From Podarcis bocagei (lineage: Eukaryota), in NCBI GenBank assembly GCA_964188305.1, contig OZ076888.1: a DNA stretch of 64,000 nucleotides, one strand, 5' to 3'. Positions within the stretch are counted from its first letter, which is position 1, and the number at the start of each line of letters is the position of its first letter. Below are positions 1 to 13,260 of this stretch, one piece after another. A program made the position numbers and the translations under genes. The notes under the pieces are model-generated. The model was not told where the DNA came from. It did no database searches and worked only from the letters and a program-made list of their open reading frames with translations.

Positions 1-1045
1 TTGTCCCAAATCAGTCATTTTTTGTCCCAAATTGTCAATTTTAATAATCATCACATCCGTCTTCTCATGAAGCTGTTCCAATAAAGCACTTGTCTTGCAA
101 AATGCAATCACTAAGGCTTCTTCTGTCAACATTCTTGTCCAAGGTCAATCTCTGATTCTCACGGTCTTTAATCTCTGCAGCTGGAAAATTCCCCAGCTCC
201 ACTCCTGCAACAGTTTCAAAAGCTCCCTCTAGGGGAAACAACTTCTATTTGTATCCATCCTTTTAAGCACAGATCCAGCAATAAAGTTAGTTTCGATTTT
301 CAGTTACTTTTTTGCTCCTTTTTAAGTGCAAAGGGAAACAATGGAAACAATATATTTCCCTTATTTAACTATCTGTCAACATACGTTTTATTCACAGTCA
401 ATGAACTTTCCCAAAAGTCGATCTTACTGGCAGCCCGTTCCCAGGTTCAAAACGGTGGTAATTTATCTTTCCTCACTCTCTCTCCTGCAGGCTTAGGCGA
501 TCTAAAAAATTTTCCCCCTCTTCTCCTGCTTCCAAGGGGGGTTTAGTAATTTTAACCGATGGAGATTTAATCCTTTACAAAAAGCTTTCCAGACTTTAGC
601 TTGCAATGTCTTTGCTTCAATCTATTTACAAAAGAGGAAGGCGGACTTCCTGTTTGAAACCTTCCTGTTTCGGTGCCAAATTAAGATGTTTAGAGATCCA
701 ATTTTCCGTTCTACTCACGGGTAGTTGTTTAGAGTCAAATTGTCCACAGGAAAAAGTCAGCGCTCTCCGGCAACAGCAATGCGGCTTCACTCCGTGAAAG
801 AAGCAGTTGATTCGAAGCACCGCACCACTCACCCCACGTCGCTCCGGATCCCCGAAACCAGGTTTCCCCGTGAGTAGGGGAGGCGCAAAAGGTGCCAGCC
901 GAATCCCACGTCCACAGGCTTCTCCCGCCTGTGGTTTTAATGGGTCTCTGCCTCGCCGTGGCGGTCCAGACCCTGATTTCCACGGAGCGGATTCCTCCCG
1001 ATCAGAGGAAATCCGCCATTGCCGGAGGCGCTAACCCGGAAGTCC
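1..1045 (-). mobile_element. 5' end of an L1-type retroelement, running off the left edge
   Basis: Minus strand starts GGACTTCCGGGTTAGCGCC...CAATGGCGG (ETS/YY1-like motifs typical of L1 5' ends); a CpG-rich 5' segment is followed by A-rich degenerate sequence. No intact ORF. Confidence 0.5.
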
Positions 1046-4000
1046 TCGGAAGACAACGCTTTCTGCTTGCTGTTTTTAAAACTTTCAGTAAAGTTTATAA
1101 TAAAAAGAAGAATGAAATTTTACTTTTAAAATGCATATTTACAGTGGTTGGAATTGAGCAGTCTAATCCAGATGGTTCACCCCCATTTGACAAAACAGTC
1201 TGGGACTTCTGTGGAGGAACACAGATAATATGCACAGGTAACAATAAAAATTACTTTTCTCCATGTGAAAATAATGAGTGATGCATTCCATTGGCATATA
1301 GGCTGCCTCTGACAGCAAACAATGCTTCAGAAATAGGAAAAGCAACAATTACTTTCTCACACCTTTGCTGTCCCCCAATCAACCAAAAACAAACACCTTC
1401 TGTTTTTCACAGTTATTCACTTTCCTGTCTGTTTACTTTCAATGTAAATGAAGCAGCTAACAGCCCATCAATTAGCCATCACCCCACAGGGTTCTAAATA
1501 TCTATTAAGTCGCATGATAACATCAACCCAACGTGACATGTCAAGAAGTACATCATTAATTACATGTCATCTACTGGTTTGAAAACCCCACTGTGAACAA
1601 ATGCAAACTAGTCACTTCAGGGACTTCCTTTTCTGAACACTGAGCAAACAGACGGACAGAGGGAATCTCTATATCTGCATTTACTTTGAGCAGAATTCTA
1701 TGACATCCCTGCTCTGGAGGCCTCCACTTCAATCCGCCCCCAGGAAACACAAAAAGAACCAGAGATCTATTGTCAGAGTCCAAGGAGGTCAGACTTCCTA
1801 GCAGTTATGCTTCAAGTCCCAAAGAGGTGCTGCTTCTAGTCCAGGGTTTAGAGGTGAAGCATGGAGCCCGGGGCAGACACTCCTCAAGTCCCAAAGGCAA
1901 AGTTCTGGTCTCTAACTAGCACCCATGACGTGGATCAAAACAGAGAAACACTTTCTATTTTCATGCTATTTGCACAAAATTCCCTCCCTTAACGAACATG
2001 CCAGTTGTATTATGAAAATCAAACCTTAGAAAAAGAAATGAGTTTAGCCGTAGCAAAGACTATAAATGTTTTTCTTACTTTTCTATGAAAATCCAAAATA
2101 CTGTGCAAGTGAAGAGAACAGAAGTAGCTAGAAGGCTCCCAGCAATTTATGCAAAGTAGTTTCACCTAATCTTCATACAAAATCTAGGCATACCCTGCAA
2201 GCAAACAGTACTATAAGGGGCAGGAGGAGAGGAGGGTCAGAGAAGCCTGCTCCTGATTTCTTCCCATGGAGAATACCAAGAGAAGGATAAAACTTCCATA
2301 CTATGTTTTAAAATCCAGTTAAACTACATCATGAGTAGATGCTCTCTTTATTCAACCTTCTCTACACTGACCTTGATTTGTATTAGTAAAGACTACGGTT
2401 TAATTCCATAACCTTGCATGATGCCAAAAAAGATCAATGTTGCATTTCTCTCATAATATATTTGTGTATATTACAGCACTAGCATGGGAAAATGCTATTG
2501 CTGTCATCTATGTTCAAAACGTCAATGGAACTAATAAAATATTTAATACTGTTCTGAAGTTTAAGTAGCAGTTTGGAGGAGATCTCGGCTTCTAAAAACT
2601 GAAATGTTTTTCTTCCACAATTTTAGAGAATTGCGTGGAAGTTCCCCAAAGATACTTTTTAAAGGAAAAGAAAAATAAGAGAACTCCCCCCCCCCCCGTT
2701 ACATTTCAGTATCACGATTCTCCATTAGTTTGGGGGCTGGCAAGACTGGAATATAGCATTAAATGCTACGGCCTCTAGAGAGTCTCTCACAAGGTATTCT
2801 GAGTGCTCAGCCACTTCAGTGGGAGTGAAATGAAAGTGCTCATTTCCTTGAGGATCTGGCCCATTTCTGCAAGCTACCTTAAATCTCATTCCCCTCAGCA
2901 CCCGCTATTTCCTTCCAACTTAGTTCCCTGTGTATCTGTTTCCCTTTCTCCCCGGTAGAATATGTTTTGTAACAATCATTTTACAACTGTAGTTTTGAAA
3001 ACTGAGGCTGCACGGTGCTTAATTCCTAAAAATGAGACATGGCAGAGTTCAAAGAAGCTAGGAGCACGGGCTGGCAGCTCTCTGGCTGAAATGTCACCTC
3101 AAAAAATGATGAGAAGAGGAAACCACACAGGTCAGTTTATGGCCAACACGTTTTGAGTCAAACATCCCTTCCAGAAGGGCAATCAGTATGGGTTTTTCTG
3201 TTATCAAGAGGAAATAGTGCCACAGTCACGAAGGTGGTTTTTAAACTACAGCGTATTATCAGCCTCCGTCCCTCTCACATCTCTCACATGCTCACAGCCA
3301 GCTTGTAGGGGCCAAGGGGCTTTGGCCCCCACAATAAAATATTTGTGGGGATGGGCCCCCACAAAGTTGATGGGCATTCCCATTCAAATGGTGTGCGCGC
3401 GCACTTTGTCATGTGATAAATCATGCAGGGCTGGGCTTGCATGGGCCCCAGAATATTATATTCAAATTGGCAGTCCTGTATGCTGTATAATACTTATAAT
3501 AAAACTGGCCAGCACTGCAGGGTAGTTGTAAAATTGTTAACTGTATGTGAAATGGCCTTTATAGTCTTATTGCTGCTGCTACTATTACTGCTACTAATGA
3601 AAGCCCCCTATTTTCAATGAACCCAGTCAGGATGCAAGGTTGGTTCATGGTCACTCAGCAGTGCATATGGCAAGAAACATTCTATCCTCTTATAACTTCA
3701 CATGCCCAAGTACTAAACCCTGGTTCTCAAAACAGGTTTCCTCTTGCAAGCACAAACTAAGCCCTGAGGCTACTGAAGCACATGCTCATGAAAATACGTA
3801 AATTTGTTGTGCCACTGCTTACAATGGAAGAAGCTGCTTTTTGGTTGCAGGTATTTTGACTAATTCTGTGCTCATAAGGAGCTGTATTGTATATATACCA
3901 ATGACCGCAATATTCTGCATAATAAAATGAAACACATTAATGATTCGTTTTTCAGAAATGGTTTCCACAAGGTGCATGTGAAGCAGGGGGCAGGAGTTCT

Positions 4001-4573
4001 CACTGAGCTGGGAAACCTGTGAATGGATTGTAACATTTCAGACTGTATTAGTAGGTTTTCATGACTAAATGCTGCTTTATAGAAAAAAGTCCATTCTACA
4101 GAGAGAACCAGGTGTCAGAGATACACTGAGCCGAGCATTCTTCCTAACTGTTGGTTTTCTATGTGTAATACATTTTTTTTCTGTAGGTAGAAGAAATATG
4201 AGATCCCAGCCTGTAGTCTGAATTGATGACAGCTAGATACAGGTTTGCAACCTTAGTGACAAGGGGACCTCAGTTTGGGGATGGAAACTGGTAGATCCCA
4301 CTGGGATGGCCATAATGCTTGGAAAACTCAGACGGGAACTCAGGGTCACAGACCATGGAATGCACACCAATGTATACAAGTGCTGAAAACATTAGCTCCA
4401 CTGGTTTGAAGGACTGCTCTTCTTGTCAGAGCTTTATCCAAATGTATAGAGCACGTTGTACAGCTTCCTTATTCCAAATACCATAGCTGCTTATATTTCA
4501 GATATTAATCTCATCTTCCTGAAAGCATGAATGGGGGAGAAGGTTGTGCCCCTATTCACCTAAAAATGCCTAC

Positions 4574-4692
4574 CTGAACCTTCGCTTTCTGTAGCTTTTT
4601 TCTTTTTTTTGTCCAAGTTTATGCCAAGAAACTGCAAAAACTCTTTGTAACTCAGTGTATTTGTTCGAGACACACAGTAGCGATTCCACAGC
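4574..4692 (-). CDS. EFCAB6: EFCAB6 coding exon (119 bp)
   Basis: LWNRYCVSRTNTLSYKEFLQFLGINLDKKKKKATESEGS; tctttag/GTAGGC; phase 2/1; corresponds to human ...HYNIHKDTAVDYNVFLKNLSIN. Confidence 0.85.
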
Positions 4693-5815
4693 CTAAAGAC
4701 AAAGACAAGACAAAAAATTCTAAATGTGAACCATCCAGAGTAATATATGGGAGAACAAAGATGAAAAATTTACACTTATTTAAATATATGTCGAAAAATA
4801 AGAATTGAATAAAATTTTATGTTTAAATTGTACATTCAGTTTTCTCTCAGAAACTAGCTGTTTAGTTGCAATGGCCATCCACTGTGCTTGTCACTCAACC
4901 ATGTACCAACCATTTCCCTTGGTGGTTCATTTGGACTGCACTTTGACAAATGGGGCCCTACAAAAACAGCTGCCCGGGGGGGGCAGCTTCTGGTCAAGAT
5001 CTTGACCATCCCCTTCTCTCCCTCTACCCCGTCAGTTTCCCTTTTCTCTCACTCCCCAACAGTCAGCCAGCATTTCATGCTCTGTCCCATGGGGCTGCTT
5101 TGGGGGTTTTCTTCACTGGGAGATTTCCCCACATTTGTGGCTTTGTGGCAGTGGGGTGTGCACACACGTGTAACCTATCTCCATTGGTTTCAATGGGCAA
5201 TTCTCAATAGGCGAGGTGACAGTGAGGTTGGAGCAGTGCAAATGCATTGGCGGAGCTAATCCAGTACTCCTGCCAGGGTATTTGCACAGCACCAACCTCT
5301 CCCACCCAGTCAGTAACAGGACCGTTCACATGTCAGGTGAGCACTGCCATTCCACCACTTCTAAGTGTAGTGATGTGAACTTCAGCAAGGGGATACAGGG
5401 CATATTTTGTCCCTCTTCATTTTATAGACATATAAAATACAGTGTGTTGTACAGTGATAATTTTTTAACCCTCGGGGACTACAGCCCTCCCAGTCCTGGA
5501 CATTTACTATACATTGTCAGGGGCTTGAGTAGGTCCATTGCCTCACCCCCCCCCCAACCTTCCACTGAGTGTTTTTAACTAACATACAAACATTCAGTAT
5601 TTCAATTGCTCTTAGTCACAGACTTAATACTTAGACTCATGCAGCATAAGGGCTGGGGGAAACTGCACAGTCCCTCCACAGTAATCATATGAAGATGAGA
5701 AGGGGAATTACACTCTCCCTGACTTCTGATTTCTTTAGACCTGCCCCCACCTCTCATTTTCCTTCAATGGTTGTTGGAAATTTAAAGAAAAACAGAACTT
5801 TGTAAAGAACAAGTA

Positions 5816-6075
5816 CCGTATTTTTCGCTCTATAAGACGCACCAGACCACAAGACACACCTAGTTTTTGGAGGAGGAAAACAAGAAAAAAAATATTCTGA
5901 ATCTCAGGAGCCAGAACAGCAAGAGGGATCGCTGCACAGCGAAAGCAGCAATCCCTCTTGCTGTTCTGGCTTCTGGGATAGCTGCACAGCCTGCATTCGC
6001 TCCATAAGACGCACACACGTTTTCCCCTTACTTTTTAGGAGGGAAAAAGTGAGTCTTATAGAGCAAAAAATACGG
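5816..6075 (+). mobile_element. Tc1/mariner (Tc2/pogo-like) MITE
   Basis: TIRs CCGTATTTTT(C/T)GCTCTATAAGAC, TA on both sides; near-identical inverted copy at 23753-24011. Confidence 0.85.
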
Positions 6076-7226
6076 TATATGTAATTCTGGGTACCCAGGG
6101 AGTTTATGTCCCAACTGGAAGGAACTAAACCCAAGTTTGCTGCTAGAAGGAATGATGATCCTCCACTACCACCCATCCTCTCCCTACTGTAAAGCCTCTC
6201 AGCCATCGAAAAAGGCCTGGATTCAAAAGTAATATAGAATAAAGGGGTTGCCCGGAGCCCCTTTAATCAAAAGGGTGACTTCAGGAGAGAAAGTTGAGAA
6301 GGTTCTGCTGAAAACCTTCCTCGCCTCCTCTGCCCCTTGCAGGTTCCATGCGCATAATTCCAAATGAACTCCCATCCGCCAAAGATGAATCGTTTGTTGT
6401 TTCATACATAAATGTTACACATCTCCAGAGAATAAATTTAATCATTTTTATTCAGCTTTAAATGCTCTAAATAAAAATTTGTGATCTTTTTTATGATGGT
6501 ACTCACTACTGTTGATGTAGTGACATTCAAACAGATTTATCACATCCCAGCATGCAATGCCAAGCACAAGATTTATTGTCAAATAAAGCCACGTTTTGTT
6601 GTTTTCCACTGGCCTGCTTTAGAAAAGTGTTGCTTCTGTTCTGTAATTTCATGTACCAAATTATAAAACTGGGCTATTTTGTTCTGATCAAATTCTGGAG
6701 GACATCCCAAGCATACACAAAAAGAGGCACATCAAACAAGCAAACCCAGCTAGTAAAGATGGACTAAAATTGGTTTTGAGGTTGGTGGTAATGAGAGATA
6801 TAAAATATTTAGAGCAAAGGAAAACAAATAAATTGTCCATCTAATTTCTTTCATTTTTCCTGTAGGCTTGTATCCAACTCAGTGTTTCTGCAACTGCAGC
6901 TTATTAAATCTCCATGGACCTCCCAAATGAAAGTCATTCCAAACTCCAGGAGCATACATCCGGCTCAAATAACTACTTACTTGAAAGCACAACCAGCATA
7001 TAAATTAAACTCTCATTCTACAAATGTAGAGACATTTTTGGACTCCTCCTAGAAATCTACCCTCACTCATGCCATACCTGAGACTGGATTTACACCTGTG
7101 GAAGCATGAAGTGGGAATGAGGCAGTAGAATGGGCTGTGCCACTTCAGACAGACAGAATATGCCACTTCCAAATGCTCTGCCCTTGTGTAAACAAAACAT
7201 CCTTCGTGGCAAACAGAACACTAGTA

Positions 7227-7471
7227 CAGCAGTACCTTGGTTTACGAACTTAATCCGTTCCGGAAGTCTGTTCTTAAACCAAAGCATTCTTAAACCAAGG
7301 CGTGCTCTCCCATAGCAGTGGGGGCTCAATTTACAAATGGAACACACTCAACAGGAAGCGAAACATGTTCTTCTTCCAAGGCAGAGTTCACAAACCAAAG
7401 CATCTACTTTTGCAGCGTTCTTAATCCAAGTTGTTCATAAACTAAGCTGTTCTTAAACCAAGGTACCACTG
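7227..7471. mobile_element. Tigger/pogo-like MITE
   Basis: CAGCAGTACCTTGGTTTA...TAAACCAAGGTACCACTG with TA target duplication. Confidence 0.85.
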
Positions 7472-8353
7472 TACATAGGAGGTGGGAGTTCTACAGTCCA
7501 CTCTAATATAATAATATATTAATATTAATATATTATTTATTCTACAACCACAGGACCACTTTATTAGCCTTGTTCACTATAGCCCACAATACTGCCTAAA
7601 GTTTTTATACTATACACATATCCCCCAGGACCCAAACCTGATCCTGTCTCTTCTTCAATGTAAAACTCCCCTCCTTCACAATCATGTGCAGGCCGCACCT
7701 CCAGTAACACCATCAGACCATTTGAAACTTCCCCCTTTCCCCCGGCTGTCTATCTGAGTGACTGTGACAACACAACCAAGCCAACACCACATGCAAACAA
7801 TCTAACCATCCAAACCCTCCAGCATCTTCTTAGGCAAGACTGTGTGTCAGGAATGCAGGGCCGGGAAAGCATCAACTGCGGTACTGGGAGAAGAACAGAG
7901 CTTTCATTAAAAGCAAAACGGAAAAGGAGCAGCAAGAGACTAGCCCTAAGTAGGTGGCCAGTGCCTGCAGGGTGCCTGAAGAAGATTCCAGGTGCTTGGG
8001 GCTTCACCTGACATACATCATAATAAGAACAACAGAAGCAGCAGCAGCAGCAGCAAAAACAACCCTGCAGAATAAATTAAGCAAAACAGAACCGTGCAGC
8101 TCTACCCAATTTGCAAAATGTACCGTTTGCAGAATTCAGTTTTACTTATTCTTGTTCTTTGAAAATGGCAGCCACTGATTCCCCTCTCTCCTTCTGAAAC
8201 ATTATATATCGAAAGCACTACAAACACACATTTAAAGTACATTGAGTTCCCCCAAAGAGTCCTAGGAATTCTAGTTTCATCCTCACAGAACTGCAGCTGC
8301 CAGAATTCTTAACAAACTAGTTCCTAATATTCTTTGGGGAGGGGAGAGGGGAT

Positions 8354-10389
8354 CAGGGCCAACGCAGTTGTGCTAGGCTAACTAGGAAGTCACTTAGGGC
8401 CCAGTACTGACCTTGGAGAGCCACAGTTTTACACAGATTATTTGTGTTATATTTTCTAAGTTTCTGATAATATTTTACTTTTTTAAGTTTTGAAGAATGT
8501 TATCATTTTTGAAGTAATCCATACATTAGAATTGTTTTTATGTATATATGTAATAGACCATCAAGTTGATTGATGTTGTATTACACACATGCGCAAAGTG
8601 AAAATACACTTAATTTTTAATCTTTCAGTCGCATCTTAATTTTATCTAGAAAATCTATTCATTTTTCTAGTGAGATATGGCTGGAGCTCAGTACTGCAAA
8701 TGATAGGCAGAAAAAGCTAAGCAGCAAGCAAAGCGAGAGAGGTTTTTCTTGAAATACCTTTGTGCACAGAAAGCAATTGAAGAACAAAAATATGACTATA
8801 TACTTGTTGAAACCAGCACTGAGGGAGTTGAATGTGTGCTCCTACTGAGAACGACATAAACTCTAAGATAGAAGTTTCACAAATTGGAGATATTTCTGGA
8901 AAACACACTGAGGAAAAAGAGGATGTCAAGAAAAGTGAAAGCACTGCAACATCTGCAAAAGAAGATGGTATTGTGCCTGACCTGAATTACAGAGACCCTG
9001 CTAACTGGCCTAACTATTGCAGAAATAATTTGTGACATTTTATAATGCAACATGGACCACAGCAGGTTGTATCACATGAGTTTCCCAAAGACAGGAACAT
9101 TTTCTCTTATACGCTACAAGAGGAGACTAGCAAATGGTGAAGAAGTGTGCCATCAACCTCAAAAGATGTGGCTTCTTGTTTTTGCTGTAGGTTTTTCAGC
9201 AAAAAAAAAAAAAAATGGTGCATCATCACTACAAGAAGCAGGTTCAAAAGACTGGAAGAACATTGGAGCAATTCTGTCTTCACGTGAGAGGAATTCTGTC
9301 TTCACGAGAGGAATACCGATCATTTAGAAACTTAAATCAGGTCTATCAAAGTAGGTTTCCAACAAGCTGACTTACGTAGACATGGCCATACAATCTGTTG
9401 AAGAGGGATTCCAAAAGCTACCACAATATAATTCCTTCTTTGTCTTCCTCTATGGCATATACAGTGACAACAAAAAATCTACTGAAGGTTTACTTAAGAC
9501 ATATGAGAATTTGGAAAAATCATTGCTGAACAATAGAAACCAATATATTGATGCTGAAAACCTGTGCTGTGAACTTATAACAATAGCTCAAAGACTTCCA
9601 AAGTCTATGCAGCTATAAGGAAGGCTTCTCTTCATACTACAACAAAAACTCTTGCATAATGGGCTGAATGTTTCTGATGCTCTAAGGATCCTTCTCACAC
9701 TTCTTCCCGTGCCAGTGGCAAGCGGTGAACACAGTTTCTCGAAGCGCAAGCTTGTAAAAGCTTACATACACTCAACAATGTTGCAAAAGTGACTACAGTG
9801 GTGCCCCGCAAGACGAATGCCTCGCAAGACGGAAAACCCGCTAGACGAAAGGGTTTTCCGTTTTGGAGGTGCTTCGCAAAACGAATTTCCTATGGGCTTG
9901 CTTCGCAAGACGAAAATGTCTTGCGAGTTCCTGTGGGGTTTTTTTCCTCCCCCCCCCTTTTCCCAAGCCGCTAAGCCGCTTATCAGCTGATCCGCTAAGC
10001 CGCTTAACAGCTGATCCGCTAAGCCGCTAATCAGCTGATCCGCTACGCCGCTAAGCCCGCTAAGCCGCTAATAGCGCTAATCTGCTAATGGGCTTGCTTC
10101 GCAAGACGGAAAAAAACGCAAGACGAAGAGACTTGCAGAACGGATTCTTTTCGTCTTGCGAGGCACCACTGTAGTTGGCTTGGGAAGTATTATCAGCTGA
10201 ACATGCCCAAGCATCAGGGCTTGACCTGAAGAAATTGCTGGGAACATTTTGTAAAGGAAAAGGCAATTTAAAATAAATTTAGCAGTTTCAAGTTTTGTGT
10301 TTCTCTTTTTTTCCTACAAGACACGTGTTTTGCTTGGGGCGCAAGTAGGTAGCCTTGCCTAGGGCTCAAAACAGCCTGGCTCCACCCAG
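8354..10389 (+). mobile_element. Decayed hAT transposon with transposase remnants (boundaries approximate)
   Basis: Fragments RRLANGEEV and GSKDWKNIGAILSS, plus the hAT C-terminal dimerisation motif NVSDALRILLTLLPVPVASGEHSFSKRKLVKAYIHSTM (~9667-9780); many stops and deletions. Confidence 0.8.
9796..10171. mobile_element. Tigger-like MITE nested in the hAT remnant, with an internal AAGCCGCT/CAGCTGATCCGCT minisatellite
   Basis: TIRs CAGTGGTGCC(C/T)CGCAAGACGAA; TA TSD at 9794-9795 and 10172-10173. Confidence 0.9.
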
Positions 10390-10573
10390 GGAAGCACAAC
10401 ATGGGCCTGAGTCTTGCACTCCCAGTCTGCCATGGTGACTCAAGGAGAGCTTACTAACAATCAATGGGGGTGTGGGATGGGTTTTAATGGGTAGGAGAAA
10501 ATATATCAGTTGCAATTTCTCCCTCCAGGAGCTCATGTGTGGGGACTGAATAGAGTTTCAAAATCCCATTCTT

Positions 10574-11714
10574 TTTTTATATAATAATTTTTATTAACAG
10601 GCCAATCAGATCACATTAATTCCAAATCACATTAGTTCCAAATTACACAGCCAATTTTTTAAAAAAATTTGTTGGGGGTACCCATACTTCGAGCTCCGAA
10701 AGGGATCCAAACATCACTCTTGCTGCTGCATTAATTACACAGTTCTGTCCAGATAGTCTCTTTACTATTTTCCTCATCTTCTTGTTGTTATCATATATTC
10801 CTTTCTTTGTGATCTCTGGTAGTCTTCACAAGCGGGTTGAAAACAAACATATCCTGTGTGGATTTTACGCTTCTCCAAGAGCCATATCACATAAAGGACA
10901 GACGCCATTTCCACATCTCTGTACAGAACATTCCCACAGTCTGTCTGTTGATTTCCATAGGCCTGCCAGTCTGTCATCAATTTTCTCAGGGGGCCCTGCC
11001 AGGTCAAACTCACATTCTGATAACCATACATTCACATTCCGATAACCCTGGTCCTCCTCCCCCTCGTCCTGCTGTGGGCAGGCCTGCCGTAACGAATCCC
11101 TATTTGTTACTGCGTCACAAAGCTTTCCTTCCTTTCCCGATGTTCCCACAAGTCCTCTCTTTGATTAGTAATTTATTTCCACACAGTTCTTAATCTCCTG
11201 CTTGTGATCAGTAATTGCAACGATTCTTTCTCGGGGGGGGGTTATTAGGTACTCACATAAGAAGAAAAAAGTTTTTTCCTCCCCCCCCCTTTTCAGTTTC
11301 ACTCCGACATACCAATCTTTTAATGATGAGTCTTCTCTTGATTTATTGTCCAGCCCATCGCTCCGCTTCACAGAGATCCCATTAATTAGCAGTCTTTACT
11401 CCCGATCTTCACTTGAAGTTATGTGCATTTGCTTCTTTTTCTAATTGTTTATTTTGAGCTCTGCAACTAGCTGCGCAATCAGAGACAGCGTCCGGGAGAG
11501 CCAGCCCACCCGAGGGCTTTGTGCCTAGTGCCCTCACCCCCTTCTTTCGAATCCGGGGGTGAAATATGGCAACAGCAGGCAAGGCAGTGTTCCCCATTCT
11601 CTTGGGGTGACACAGGGAGGCTGCATACTCCCATATCAGCCTCTTAATTACCTCGTGTGAGCCAGAGAGATGGTACTGTCGGCCATCTTCCAATGCGCCC
11701 CCTAGCGGCCCCCC
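10574..11714 (-). mobile_element. ~1.14-kb non-autonomous L1-type retroposon with both ends present
   Basis: 16-bp TSD TCAAAATCCCAT(T/A)CTT at 10558-10573 and 11715-11730; 5' end GGGGGGCCGCTAGGGGCGCATTGGAAGATGGCCG (YY1-like); 3' AATAAA followed by an A-rich tail; no RT ORF. Confidence 0.75.
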
Positions 11715-12537
11715 TCAAAATCCCATACTTGGCAGCAGAATCAAAAGCTTAGGAATTAGGTTGTAAAACCTTGTTTTGAGCAAGTCCAGCTAATGAAGGA
11801 AGCTGGCTTCCTCCTTCTTACCCCGCTTATAACTTTTAATCTTGCATTAATTCACAGCAATGGCAGCAGTAAAAACTATGCAGTCAAAATACTTATATTT
11901 ACAGCATGTACCTAAAGCTGGAGCAAGTGGAGTCACATCTACATCCAACACTGGTCAAAGGAAGAGAGAGAGGAACAGGAAGTACTATATGCTCCTTCCT
12001 CTCCAGGGGAAATGACATCACACAGAGCCCTCTCTACCAACTGTATTTTTTTCTATGGTCTGAATATATGTTTATCAGCAGTACTGGATGTGGTGTTAGC
12101 CCTTTCTTAAGCTAACTAGCCAGCATATGTGATTATTAGGTTTGGTTGCTAATCTCCAACAGAGGGCAGTGGAGCCTCTCTTGTTCCATTCTGGTCTCCA
12201 TTCTTGCTACCCTTCACAAGCTTCATAACAACTCAGTGTAACCCCCTCCCTCCCTCGGTGAAGCCCAATGGGCTGAGCTGCTCTGCCATGGTCACTGCTG
12301 CTTGCTCTTGAGACATCTCTTAGACTCGTTCACTGCCAGGCACTCACGGCATTAAGCCACGTAGGTCACAGCACTTCGTGATCTTTGTAGAGCGTTCCAC
12401 CTAAAATGCTGTCACTGACTGGCTGAAGGAATTCTGGGCAATATTCACATAACCCCTGCCTTGGAGAGTCTATTACACAGAGGGGTTTTGTTTAATATGT
12501 GCAGTATGCAGACCCCAGAAGGAGAGAGGCCAAAGAT

Positions 12538-12797
12538 CATGGGTAGGCAAACTAAGGCCCAGAGGCTGGATTCAGCCCAATCGCCTTCTCAATCCAGCCC
12601 GCGGACAGTCCAGGAATCAGCATGTTTTTACATGAGTAGAATGTGTCCTTTTATTTAAAATGCATCTCTGGGTTATTTGTGGGGCATAGGAATTCGTTCT
12701 TCTTCCACCCCCTCCCCAAAAAATATATAGTCCGGCCCCCCACAAGGTCTGAGGGACAGTGGACCGGCCCCCTGCTGAAAAAGTTTGCTGACCCCTG
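12538..12797. mobile_element. hAT MITE
   Basis: CATGGGTAGGCAAACT...AGTTTGCTGACCCCTG with 8-bp TSD CCAAAGAT. Confidence 0.85.
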
Positions 12798-13123
12798 CCA
12801 AAGATGCACGTGAAGCAGCCAGCAGGAGGCAGAAGTAGATTAAAAGGGACATTAAGCAGCACAATGAAAGGGACTTCACCAACTGACTTGTGCCTTGCAT
12901 TGAGGGTCTGGCGAATGGGAGAGTGTGAATGGGGGGGGGGGGAGAGACACTTCCCCATTAAGGCCTCATGACGAGCTTCCATGGTCTAGTCCCTAATTAT
13001 CACTAATAGCGTAGAAAGGAAAATGCGATCAACCTGCTGCAAGAAGTATAGTTCTGTACTGCAGCCTTAACATAGTTTCCCCGCAATGGCTTCCCACGAA
13101 TCCTTAACTTGTTCTTTACTTAC

Positions 13124-13260
13124 TTATCATACTCACAATCCGTCATCTTGAAGCAGTTGACCTCGATAATTCTTCTCAGCTCGTGACGCTGTATCTGCCC
13201 ATTTTGATTGTAGTCAAAAAGTCTACATGTCTTGATAAAGCGTTTCAGCTTTTTGGATAT
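13124..13260 (-). CDS. EFCAB6: EFCAB6 coding exon (137 bp, EF-hand)
   Basis: ISKKLKRFIKTCRLFDYNQNGQIQRHELRRIIEVNCFKMTDCEYD(K) with an EF-hand loop DYNQNGQIQRHE; donor GTAAGT; phase 0/2. Confidence 0.92.

Noticed and set aside
1255-1325. Candidate next EFCAB6 exon
   Set aside because: Weak splice sites and no recognisable similarity to EFCAB6; the next exon probably lies beyond the left edge.
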